40,868 nt of DNA from a virus (Duplodnaviria; Caudoviricetes). The notes below the pieces were generated by a model. The model was not told the DNA's origin. It saw nothing but the letters and a program-made list of their open reading frames with translations, and searched no databases. A program made the translations under genes and the position numbers. The stretch's first letter is position 1. Each line of letters starts with the position of its first letter. Of the stretch, positions 1 to 8,141 are shown in pieces. The DNA lies in the IMG/VR virus record IMGVR_UViG_3300016265_000761, positions 1-40,868 of that record; one strand, written 5' to 3'.

Positions 1-12
1 GTTCAAATTACC
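1..12. repeat. Terminal 12-bp direct repeat, putative cosN cohesive end (copy 1)
   Basis: GTTCAAATTACC identical to 40857-40868. Confidence 0.8.
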
Positions 13-30
13 CTTGCGCTTCAATACCTT

Positions 31-40
31 GGAAGTACCT
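31..40 (-). promoter_or_regulatory. cosQ-like element
   Basis: Minus strand AGGTACTTCC about 20 bp before the 12-mer; resembles lambda cosQ context GGGTCCTTTCC in sequence and position. Confidence 0.45.
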
Positions 41-180
41 TTTTACTTTCCACTTTAAATGCTGCCAATAATTTCGGCTTACATCTTCATCACTAACTAA
101 TTGACCGCATGTAATACGTTTATTTGCTATTCGCTTGATATGCTCTCGCCGCATCATAGTTGCTATCAGATCAACAGACC

Positions 181-618
181 CTAGCCGTTTGCTATTTTTT
201 CCATTATCACCTGCTCAATTTCATCAGCAAGATTGCGTAATCTATCGGCAAAAATCTTTAAATTATCTGGATCTTCGTTATCATTTTCTATATCTTCTAA
301 TATCATTTCTTTTAAATTGATATTTGAGCACAGATAACCGTCTCCACATTGATTTGCAACAGAGAATTCTATTTCTAATGGGTCCTTTTCCCACCCGCGG
401 AGAAATGGGATTGAATAATCCCCTTGCTCCATCAACCTTTTAACTGAAATATAATTTACATCCCCGATCATCAACTTTATTTCATCAAACTTATCGTCTA
501 TATTTTTATAAACTTTTTCAATATCATTTATTATATCTTTATTAACCTTATCTCTTTCATTTATAAACAATTCTTTGTAATGACCATCAAAATATGATTC
601 GTCTATTTTTGCTTTCAT
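181..618 (-). CDS. Hypothetical acidic protein, AT-rich gene
   Basis: 145-aa ORF with GAGGAG RBS; no recognised motif. Confidence 0.7.
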   Translation of the reverse strand: MKAKIDESYFDGHYKELFINERDKVNKDIINDIEKVYKNIDDKFDEIKLMIGDVNYISVKRLMEQGDYSIPFLRGWEKDPLEIEFSVANQCGDGYLCSNINLKEMILEDIENDNEDPDNLKIFADRLRNLADEIEQVIMEKIANG

Positions 619-717
619 TCTCTCTCCTCAATATCTCACGCGCTCGCCGTTTATTATCTGCTAACGCTATTTGTAATAAGATCATATTGACTGCCTCGCC
701 TTACCCAGCTTACCTCA

Positions 718-1476
718 CTACTTCGCTGTTGCCACTGCTTCTTTCATTGCTTTGCTAAACTCATCATCAATGTACTTTTTGACTGTGCTTTCAGCCACAT
801 ATTTAAAGTCGTATATTGGCTCGTAGTTTGTTGATTTAATGAATATCAATACCGGCCTCGGATTTGATGCGCCAAAGTTTGTATTTACCTTCATCCAGAT
901 ACCAAGCGGCAATTTACCGCCAGCCGGTGCGCCAACAAAATAACTAATCCCGTACCGACTTTTCGTACTCTTTGCCAGCTTTGCGCGTGTCTTATCCGTT
1001 GAATTGCTACTTGATCCTGATTCTCTATTTGCTCGAAAATACGAAATAATTTGAACTATCTGTGACCTTGCTATGTTTCCATACGCATCGATACTTGCCG
1101 CGTCTCCTGGAACTGTAAAATATCCTTCTGGCAACACACCAGCCGATCTTAAAGCCACCTCATAGCGTTTCAATCGTCTCTCGCCGCCGCCGATCTCTGC
1201 TTCAAGATACTTTGCCGCTGCTGTGCCTTTTAATGCGTAATCTTTCAGCCCAACTCTGGCCGTTAATGTTTGCTTGGTTGATGGCTTGATAAACAGCGAA
1301 TTGATCGTGAATTGTGTTGGCCTGTCGAATACGTCGCGCATTTCTTTTTGCTGCGCTTCCTTTACCTTCTGAGCGGTGCGATTAATTGCCAACGATGTAG
1401 CAAATGGTATCTGCCGCTTTTGCACGTCATCAAGCTGCTTTATTAAATCTTTGAAATCTGTTTTTACTGAGAACAT
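718..1476 (-). CDS. Lambda gpZ-like tail completion/neck protein
   Basis: N-terminus KQLDDVQKRQIPFATSLAINRTA typical of gpZ/minor tail Z-like proteins; basic protein. Confidence 0.6.
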   Translation of the reverse strand: MFSVKTDFKDLIKQLDDVQKRQIPFATSLAINRTAQKVKEAQQKEMRDVFDRPTQFTINSLFIKPSTKQTLTARVGLKDYALKGTAAAKYLEAEIGGGERRLKRYEVALRSAGVLPEGYFTVPGDAASIDAYGNIARSQIVQIISYFRANRESGSSSNSTDKTRAKLAKSTKSRYGISYFVGAPAGGKLPLGIWMKVNTNFGASNPRPVLIFIKSTNYEPIYDFKYVAESTVKKYIDDEFSKAMKEAVATAK

Positions 1477-1479
1477 GAT

Positions 1480-1668
1480 TTATCCTAATTTAAACTCATC
1501 ACGACACCTTCCGCACGCGCTTTTCACCAGCCTTTCAAAGTATTCGCCACAGTATTCGCACTCGCCTGAATAGCCAGCCGGAATATCTGCCGCCTTCTTG
1601 CGTGCTGCGTCAATAATCTGCTTTTCTGTTGCTTCAATGTGCGCTCCTGCTCGGTCTATGTCATCCAT
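1480..1668 (-). CDS. TraR/DksA C4-type zinc finger protein
   Basis: MDDIDRA N-terminus with DxxDxA; CxxC...CxxC (CEYC/CGRC); 62 aa. Confidence 0.75.
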   Translation of the reverse strand: MDDIDRAGAHIEATEKQIIDAARKKAADIPAGYSGECEYCGEYFERLVKSACGRCRDEFKLG

Positions 1669-2044
1669 TTATCGGCCTGATCTCAATCTCAACACGCGGG
1701 CACGCTTTGTCGATGCCGTGATAAACATGCTTTTCTTTTACCTGTCGATCATTAAGGTACACGCCGCGCCGAATCAATACGCCCTTCTTGTACTTGGCTT
1801 GCAGCACGTCCAACACAATCGATTCATCCAGATCAGGCCTACGTGTTGCATAAAATATCTTTATAGTTGCCGCCACATCACCTTCTATCATCTGCTTTGC
1901 CTGTGCCGGTATTTGCAACAAAGCAGATTTTTCAAACGCCAGCGCTTTGCTTGATTTGATCGATGCCGGACGGCCTGCAATAGTCACAATCTTGCGACTG
2001 TTCGCTTTTGATGCTGCCTCTCCAAATATCGTGAATTTAATCAT
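1661..2044 (-). CDS. rusA: RusA family Holliday junction resolvase
   Basis: FTIFGEAASKAN, RRPDLDES-VLDVLQ, YLNDRQV, PRVEIEI motifs. Confidence 0.85.
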   Translation of the reverse strand: MIKFTIFGEAASKANSRKIVTIAGRPASIKSSKALAFEKSALLQIPAQAKQMIEGDVAATIKIFYATRRPDLDESIVLDVLQAKYKKGVLIRRGVYLNDRQVKEKHVYHGIDKACPRVEIEIRPING

Positions 2045-2137
2045 TTATCAATCAAACCATTTAACTTCAATAATTGCCGGGATGGTGCGCCTACTACCGT
2101 TGCGGTAATTGTTCTTCTCGGCGTCCCGGCTATACGT

Positions 2138-2320
2138 TTATTTACTAAAAATATCCACCGCTCCATTCATCGTAAAATCATCAATATCGGCCACCTCTGT
2201 TTTACACATGGCGCATACATGCGTATCAACATCAAATCCAGCCTGTAACAATCTCACGCCGTTCTTGCACTCTTTGCACACGCTATAGCCCTGCTCTTTT
2301 TCTTCATCTGTAAAGTTCAT
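2138..2320 (-). CDS. Small Cys-rich hypothetical protein
   Basis: 60 aa with CKEC and CAMC; overlaps the upstream gene. Confidence 0.6.
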   Translation of the reverse strand: MNFTDEEKEQGYSVCKECKNGVRLLQAGFDVDTHVCAMCKTEVADIDDFTMNGAVDIFSK

Positions 2321-2597
2321 CGATTGCCCTGTATTTGTTAACTAATTCAAGTAAATGATATTCGCTTGGTAATTTATACAGCCTCAAAAACTGTTTAACG
2401 CCTGCCCCATGCAGGCTTGCTGATCCTGTTCTGTGGTGCTTTTCACAAAGTCCAGCCACGAGCCAATTCGATCTGTTGCCGCTACCTTCGCCAATGTGAT
2501 GCACCTCGCACGGCGTAATTGTTTCTTCAAACTCTCGGCAAATTACGCATCCAATAGATGCAACCGTGTCAACGTGCTTTTGCTCTGCTTTATTCAT
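2304..2597 (-). CDS. Ref-like/HNH recombination-enhancement nuclease
   Basis: GCVIC...EVHH...LCEKHH motifs. Confidence 0.7.
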   Translation of the reverse strand: MNKAEQKHVDTVASIGCVICREFEETITPCEVHHIGEGSGNRSNWLVAGLCEKHHRTGSASLHGAGVKQFLRLYKLPSEYHLLELVNKYRAIDELYR

Positions 2598-2749
2598 TTT
2601 TTAGGCAAATTAGGTAGCAGTTTATAATATTCGCTTTTCTTGCATTTTTTGCACGTAACATGCTGTTTATATCCTGCATTTTTGTAAACATTTCGCTCGC
2701 CGCAAGCAGCATGTATGGTGTATGGTATTAATACGTGCGTCTTAGTCAT
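2594..2749 (-). CDS. Small Cys/His-containing protein (51 aa, not in ORF track)
   Basis: Manual translation MTKTHVLIPYTIHAACGERN...VTCKKCKK; overlaps both neighbours, ATGA coupling to the Ref-like gene. Confidence 0.6.
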   Translation of the reverse strand: MTKTHVLIPYTIHAACGERNVYKNAGYKQHVTCKKCKKSEYYKLLPNLPKK

Positions 2750-3140
2750 AATTCAACTTCACTTCAAACCGCGCCACGCAATAATGCAAATATTCGAGCC
2801 ACTCCGAAAACTCTTTTTTCTTAAATTTGCTTGTTCGCTGCCCTAGCATCACAACACCGCCGTCGATGCCTTGTGCCAATCTCACCCGCTCTTTTTTATA
2901 AGCCGCCGTTAAAATATCCTTCCATTCTTCTTCCGTTAACCAGCATAATTCGCCGTTTACCGGCCATTTTTTTTGCTTTGCAAATGCTTCTAAAATTGGC
3001 CATTGAGCTGCATTCTGCTCCAGCGTTCTATTCGCATCCTTGAATTCTGCTATCGATCCATCTGGCGCAATCATGCAATATTCGGCGGCTCTTCTTCTTG
3101 CCTCGTTATGCACAAATCTGAAAACAACCTTTTCCGTCAT
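2742..3140 (-). CDS. ninB: NinB/YbcN recombination protein
   Basis: RTLEQNA, WKDILTA, GGVVMLGQRTSK...EFSEWLEY motifs. Confidence 0.88.
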   Translation of the reverse strand: MTEKVVFRFVHNEARRRAAEYCMIAPDGSIAEFKDANRTLEQNAAQWPILEAFAKQKKWPVNGELCWLTEEEWKDILTAAYKKERVRLAQGIDGGVVMLGQRTSKFKKKEFSEWLEYLHYCVARFEVKLNYD

Positions 3141-3192
3141 TTTCTATACACGTTTCTTCTATATGTCGATTTTTTTGAGTTTTCTATACATA

Positions 3193-3318
3193 TCAAAACG
3201 CCTTATCCAACACACCCAAAAACATACCCAGAAAAAGATCGATTCCACAGCCAATCGATATTGCAGCAATTAATGACAGGTAATACTCAAAAATTAAAAT
3301 TGTGATTTGTTTTTTCAT
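3193..3318 (-). CDS. Small membrane peptide (41 aa, not in ORF track)
   Basis: MKKQITILIFEYYLSLIAAISIGCGIDLFLGMFLGVLDKAF; ATGA overlap with upstream stop. Confidence 0.45.
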   Translation of the reverse strand: MKKQITILIFEYYLSLIAAISIGCGIDLFLGMFLGVLDKAF

Positions 3319-3527
3319 TTCTTCCACCCTTTCAAAACATCCATTCTCAATCGATCAGCCGCCGCTTTGCCGCGCTTTGTTTCAACTCCCTCGAGATACT
3401 CGCGCCGCTCTTCAATCGTTTTCATTCTGATTACCATATCAACCTCGGTTAAGTGCCGATACTGTTCTGAATACTTGTAATCTGGAGTTTCTGAGCAATC
3501 CACGCACAAGCATTGAAACGACGACAC
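3315..3527 (-). CDS. Conserved phage hypothetical protein
   Basis: EQYRH...RREYLEGVETKRGKAAADRLR motif seen in proteobacterial prophage proteins. Confidence 0.7.
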   Translation of the reverse strand: MSSFQCLCVDCSETPDYKYSEQYRHLTEVDMVIRMKTIEERREYLEGVETKRGKAAADRLRMDVLKGWKK

Positions 3528-3569
3528 GATCAGTATTTGCTTGTGATTAAATAAAATCGTGCCGCCACC

Positions 3570-3785
3570 TCAAACCTTTCCGTTTCTTATGTTTTCAGCT
3601 ACCGCCAAATAACACATTTCAGCATCCGCATAATTTGCTCTAACACGCTGCTTTTCGTATTCGATTTCTTCAGCGGTGCATTCATAGTGCTTCATGCACA
3701 AGTTGAATGCTTCTTTAAATTCTTTTGATACCGTTATTGGCATTTTCACCGCCGAAATTTTGCGTTTTTGATACAAAACCACCAT
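3570..3785 (-). CDS. Hypothetical protein
   Basis: 71-aa ORF in operon direction; start uncertain. Confidence 0.5.
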   Translation of the reverse strand: MVVLYQKRKISAVKMPITVSKEFKEAFNLCMKHYECTAEEIEYEKQRVRANYADAEMCYLAVAENIRNGKV

Positions 3786-4046
3786 TTAAACGATAAGATT
3801 CTTCAGCCAAAATCCCCCCCTACCCCAAACAATGAGGATCGGGAGGCTATAAGCTGCTTCAGCCCGGATTACCGGATGATTCATGCACAGTGACGGCTTA
3901 TTGCACTGTAGCCCCGCGACGTGAATCTGATCCCAGTCGCTCGGATTGTTTCGGATCTGCCCCGCCTGATCTAACATCGATCGGTTACCGATACCCTTTT
4001 GTTCCACGCAGCCGGGTTAGGCTCTCAATATCGTTTGGAGTACGTT

Positions 4047-4895
4047 TTATGCTGCTTTTCTAATCAATTTATTCAACGCTGCACATACCGCCATCAATCC
4101 GTATTCGGCGTGCACATCGTTCCAATCCATGCCGATACATTCCGGCATAGACCATGGCAATTTTGTTTCTATGGCAGCTTTCTCGCCTGTCTTAGACTTG
4201 TCGTTATCAGCCATTACAAAATGGCCATGCGTTGAAGATACATGGGTCATATTGCTTGCCGAAAAACAGCAAACAACACTAACATCAAGGCGCATCTGAC
4301 ACGCAGCGGCATGTACGCTAAGACCTGTTGCATATCCTTCCACTAAAACAATCCTGCGCCCTTTGCCAATTTTAAAAACTGATCTTCTAGCCTTCATCCC
4401 TAGCAAAAAACGCTTTTCGAATCCGTCTTGCCTTTCGTTCAAATAAATTGATTGCACGCCGTTGACCTTGTTTGTATCAACATCGCGCATCGGAATAAGC
4501 AAAGAACCGTCCGTATAGATCAATCCTTGCGCTTCCGGCAATTGTTTTGATCTAAGATATGCGTGCGTTCCAAGAGCGCATTCAGAAAGCATGCTGATAG
4601 CCTTTTTGGATGCGTTCTCATAACCTTCGGTCTTTCGTTTCTGATCTTCTATTCGTTGCGCGTTCCATTGTTTTTTTTCTGACTCGCTCCACGGTTTTGC
4701 GTCTTTATCACTCCACCAATTTGCTACCGCCGAACCAGACCAATCGAATACAAACCCTCTCCGCCCGTCAAACATATATGCGCCATTCTTCGATCTTGGA
4801 TGTTCTAATGTGGCGCATCTGTGAATGCGTCCATCAGCAACAATCGACTTGATAAGCAATCCAGAAGCGGCGGCAAATTGTGCAAAATTCATCAT
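4047..4895 (-). CDS. Toprim-domain primase
   Basis: LVEGYATGLS, MADND, DWND Toprim motifs; coupled to helicase. Confidence 0.85.
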   Translation of the reverse strand: MMNFAQFAAASGLLIKSIVADGRIHRCATLEHPRSKNGAYMFDGRRGFVFDWSGSAVANWWSDKDAKPWSESEKKQWNAQRIEDQKRKTEGYENASKKAISMLSECALGTHAYLRSKQLPEAQGLIYTDGSLLIPMRDVDTNKVNGVQSIYLNERQDGFEKRFLLGMKARRSVFKIGKGRRIVLVEGYATGLSVHAAACQMRLDVSVVCCFSASNMTHVSSTHGHFVMADNDKSKTGEKAAIETKLPWSMPECIGMDWNDVHAEYGLMAVCAALNKLIRKAA

Positions 4896-6430
4896 CGCTT
4901 CTCTTTATTAATTGCTTTGAAATAAGCAATTTTCTTGCGGTTGATATGATTCATTGTGGCTCTGCTTATAGCCACGTTTGGCTGATCTTCAAAACGCCAT
5001 TGCGAGCTTGGTTCAATACCGACAAATTCCCTAAACATGTGCCAAGCACGACCTCTTGCTGTTTCAGGATTTCCATGCGCTCGCGTATAAGTGCAAAGCT
5101 GTTCCCATAAATGCTTTCTGTCATCAGCAAGCTTCTGTTTGCCGATTTTTACTTCAACCATTTCCCCAGGAATATGCTCTACTAAGCTTTTTGGTTGTCT
5201 CTCATGGCCGCACGATATGCAGCGTTTCCCGCACGGAGAGAAGCCACAGGATGGGCATTTGCTTGGCTCTTTTTCTTCCGGATCGCGCCGGATTGCCTTG
5301 TCCAGTTTTTCTCCAACATCTAGCGCATCGAGTCCGCTGTGATAAATGTCTGCAAAATCATCGGCGAAACGAATAATGTTCCCGGAAAAATCCAATAAAA
5401 TACAATCGGCTTTCCCAGTATCCGGAGACGATCTAAGGCCGCGTCCCCACATTTGTATTGCTGTCGATAACGACTTGCGGAGTGGTCGGCAGTCGCAAAC
5501 GCACCCAACATCACGCACATCGAAACCTTTGGCCAATGCTTCGACAGAAATAAGCACTCTCAACAAGCTGTCCGGCTTTGAGTATTCATTCAATAATTCT
5601 TTTCGCTGTGCTTCAGTAGTCTCTGAAGTAAAAGTAGCCGCCATTATTCCGGCTTCGTTGAATTGTCTGCACATCTCTTCGCAATGATGAATAGTTGCGC
5701 CGAATACAATTGTTTTGCGATTCTCTGCATGTTTTTGCCATTCGATTACAACATCGCCGATGATCTCCATTCCGCGTTCTTCGGATGCTCGATCTGTCCA
5801 TTCTCCACCGGCTGTTTCTGCCCCGGTCATATCGATTTTTGTGCATGAGAAAACACGCATCGGAACCAGCACGCCTGATTGCGTTAAATCGCGCATCGTG
5901 GCTGCATTGATAAGGTTAGTGAATAATCGGCCAAGTCCTTTACTAAATGGCGTTGCGGATAAGCCGATAACGTTCGCCCTACATGTCTGTATATGCTCAG
6001 TCCATGCTGAATACATTGAATGCGCTTCGTCGATAACAATAACGTCAGCATCAGGCCATTGCCTTCTCGCTAAGGTTTGCACACTAGCGATTTGGAATTG
6101 CTGCCTTAAATCGTAGCGCCAATGTCCTGCTTGAATTATCGAATGCGCTCCAAGGCCGTATTGATCCGCAACTTCGGAAGTTTGATTTATCAGTGTTGTC
6201 CGATCACATACAAACATTGCACGTTTGCCGCGCAGCAATGCTTCGTGAATGATCCGCATACCAAGATAAGTTTTTCCAGATCCGGTAGGACTCATAATCA
6301 ACTGACATCTATGCCCGTCACGCGCACCTTGCCGCAATTTCTCATGTGCGGAATTTTGAAATGGCCTTGGCTCCGGGAACCTTGCCGCGTCATAATTTGC
6401 CTCAAAGTCGATTAAATCTGCTTGCATCAT
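4892..6430 (-). CDS. SF2 DEAD/DEAH helicase (RadD/YejH-like) with C-terminal Zn finger
   Basis: SPTGSGKT, IDEAH, LSATP, KGFD, QMWGRGLR; CPSC/CISC. Confidence 0.92.
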   Translation of the reverse strand: MMQADLIDFEANYDAARFPEPRPFQNSAHEKLRQGARDGHRCQLIMSPTGSGKTYLGMRIIHEALLRGKRAMFVCDRTTLINQTSEVADQYGLGAHSIIQAGHWRYDLRQQFQIASVQTLARRQWPDADVIVIDEAHSMYSAWTEHIQTCRANVIGLSATPFSKGLGRLFTNLINAATMRDLTQSGVLVPMRVFSCTKIDMTGAETAGGEWTDRASEERGMEIIGDVVIEWQKHAENRKTIVFGATIHHCEEMCRQFNEAGIMAATFTSETTEAQRKELLNEYSKPDSLLRVLISVEALAKGFDVRDVGCVCDCRPLRKSLSTAIQMWGRGLRSSPDTGKADCILLDFSGNIIRFADDFADIYHSGLDALDVGEKLDKAIRRDPEEKEPSKCPSCGFSPCGKRCISCGHERQPKSLVEHIPGEMVEVKIGKQKLADDRKHLWEQLCTYTRAHGNPETARGRAWHMFREFVGIEPSSQWRFEDQPNVAISRATMNHINRKKIAYFKAINKEKR

Positions 6431-7305
6431 TAGAAGCTCGCTAATCCGGATGCCTTAACTTGTTTTTCCAAGTCTTCAAATTTTTTCTTCCACATTCTTG
6501 CTTTGCGAACAGCATCATTTTCTGATGATTGATAGCCACGGCATCGATCCTCAATTACACGGCATAACTCTGTTAGGCGTTTGTTTTCAGCCATGGCAGC
6601 AGCAAGCTGATCGTCAGATTCGATGATTTTTGTTAACCGATCGATTTCTTTGTGCGCCGCTTCAAGTTCTGCCACGGGGTCAAAGTCTGAAAATGACTCA
6701 CGCTCTAATTCAGCATGACTTGTTTGTTTCTCGGTTTCTGAAAATATGTTTTGTTCTGTTGATAACTTGTGCTCGTCGTCACCAGTTGATTCTGGTTTGC
6801 TGATGGTGGAAGGATTTAATTCAGCATCATCATTATTACCCATACTATTGATAGGGGTTATAACGGTTATAACCTCCTTGCGAATTTTGCTTACAAAAGG
6901 CTGGGTTACTTTGCAGTGTTTTGCTATTTTATTGTCAGACCATTCTGACCATTCATCGTCTTCGATAAGCACAAGAACTGCTTTTCGTTTATCCTGGTTT
7001 GTAAGCCTGATTCCGTGCGTATTATTCACGCCAGCAGAGAATAACCTGGCGTCTCTCTTTGTCCCTTCGTGAACATCTGCTGCGATATTTTCAATGCCAG
7101 CACTTTTATGCGCCCAATAACGATGAAAACCATCGACTAGATAATATTCCGCTCCATTGAAAAATACAGTTACAGCCGGAAATTTTGCGCCACACTTCAT
7201 TGCTTCTGAATATTCAGCGACTATTTCATCATTGATTCTTTCGCGCTGCTGCGTTCCAGCGTCGATAACAATATCTTTAATTTTTATCGTTTTTGTCTTA
7301 ATCAT
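6430..7305 (-). CDS. ParB N-terminal domain protein with HTH and coiled coil
   Basis: YLVDGFHRYWA ParB/Srx motif; SDNKIAKHCKVTQPFVSKIR HTH. Confidence 0.82.
   Translation of the reverse strand: MIKTKTIKIKDIVIDAGTQQRERINDEIVAEYSEAMKCGAKFPAVTVFFNGAEYYLVDGFHRYWAHKSAGIENIAADVHEGTKRDARLFSAGVNNTHGIRLTNQDKRKAVLVLIEDDEWSEWSDNKIAKHCKVTQPFVSKIRKEVITVITPINSMGNNDDAELNPSTISKPESTGDDEHKLSTEQNIFSETEKQTSHAELERESFSDFDPVAELEAAHKEIDRLTKIIESDDQLAAAMAENKRLTELCRVIEDRCRGYQSSENDAVRKARMWKKKFEDLEKQVKASGLASF
6856..6874. repeat. Perfect 19-bp palindrome inside the ParB-like gene
   Basis: GGTTATAAC-G-GTTATAACC. Confidence 0.7.
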
Positions 7306-7416
7306 AATTTTTTATATTTAATTAATCACAGTCTATTAATACCGGTGTTTTTCTCACGCTAACCACTTCCTTGCATAAAAGGCCGCGCATAGACTGACCG
7401 GCGGTACTCTGTTTCC

Positions 7417-7453
7417 AAAAAAAACCAGCGGGAAAGGGATAGGAACCCGCTGG
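7417..7453 (-). terminator. Intrinsic terminator (tR-like) in the cro operon
   Basis: Minus strand CCAGCGGG-13 nt-CCCGCTGG followed by T8. Confidence 0.75.
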
Positions 7454-7673
7454 CTGTTAGTTGCGGTGGCTGCACCATCGCAAGGAAAATAGGTGTCGGA
7501 AGTCGGCTTGTAGGAACCACTCCGGACAAACTGGCAAAACTTCGCCAGCACGTAGACCAAATTCAACACCTCGCCATGCTCAAGGCATGTTCTGACGCTG
7601 CTGCCAGCGCTTTGGTCAAAGGGTTTGTAATCACAGGGAGGTGTGATGAAATTCAATAGGGCTAATTGTGGCC

Positions 7674-7877
7674 TCATGATTGGCCTCTGTTTGCAACAAC
7701 CTCAAGCGAAGATATGTGTCTATTAATCATTTCTTCCTTGCCATAAATGTGGATCATGAGAACAGCACGCACATATTCCGAATCGGTCATTCCAGCCTCG
7801 TGCGCCATACGTTGCAATTCAAGCTTGGCTGCATACGGCATACGAGTCTTGACTTCCTCTGTGCATTTTTCTTTCAT
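7674..7877 (-). CDS. Small DNA-binding protein in the CII position (ribbon-helix-helix-like)
   Basis: EVKTRM...LQRMAHEAGMTDSEYVRAVL; coupled to cro. Confidence 0.65.
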   Translation of the reverse strand: MKEKCTEEVKTRMPYAAKLELQRMAHEAGMTDSEYVRAVLMIHIYGKEEMINRHISSLEVVANRGQS

Positions 7878-8068
7878 GCTGCTTTGCCTCGCCGTTTCAC
7901 TTTTTCATGAAGCCGTAACAATCTATTGCCAATCGTCCAGCTTGGATTATTGCGAGCACCTGTTCCCAAAGCAGAAATATAGTTTTGCTTTGTTCCACAT
8001 TCCGCCGCAATCTCAGCTTGAGATTTGCCGCTTTCGTAAATTTCTTTAATGATTAATTTCCAATCCAT
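7874..8068 (-). CDS. cro: Cro-like HTH regulator
   Basis: SQAEIAAECGTKQNYISAL HTH; divergent from the repressor. Confidence 0.85.
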   Translation of the reverse strand: MDWKLIIKEIYESGKSQAEIAAECGTKQNYISALGTGARNNPSWTIGNRLLRLHEKVKRRGKAA

Positions 8069-8074
8069 ACGCGA

Positions 8075-8104
8075 ATGTTATCACTTTCGTGATTGCATAG
8101 TCAA
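8075..8104 (-). promoter_or_regulatory. PR-like promoter
   Basis: TTGACT (8104-8099)-N18-TAACAT (8080-8075), flanked by operators. Confidence 0.65.
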
Positions 8105-8141
8105 GCACCATAGTGAATATTCAAAAGAGCACAATATCGAT
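8080..8141. promoter_or_regulatory. OR: three operator-like sites at 24-bp period
   Basis: ATCACtttcGTGAT 8080-8093, AGCACcataGTGAA 8104-8117, AGCACaataTCGAT 8128-8141. Confidence 0.75.

Noticed and set aside
8-157. 49-codon minus-strand ORF ending inside the cos 12-mer
   Set aside because: No RBS or motif, and it overlaps the packaging signals; not supportable as a gene
3141-3190. TTTCTATACA repeated at 3141 and 3181
   Set aside because: Only two short AT-rich copies; no function assignable
3786-4007. 73-aa minus-strand ORF from the track
   Set aside because: No RBS, atypical composition, coincides with a hairpin-dense block
7354-7677. 107-aa minus-strand ORF from the track
   Set aside because: Runs through a hairpin array and a strong terminator and lacks motifs; its start does overlap the upstream stop, so a leader peptide is not fully excluded
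8049-8141. N-terminal extension of the repressor given in the ORF track
   Set aside because: Overlaps cro and the operator region; the HTH begins at Met 8142
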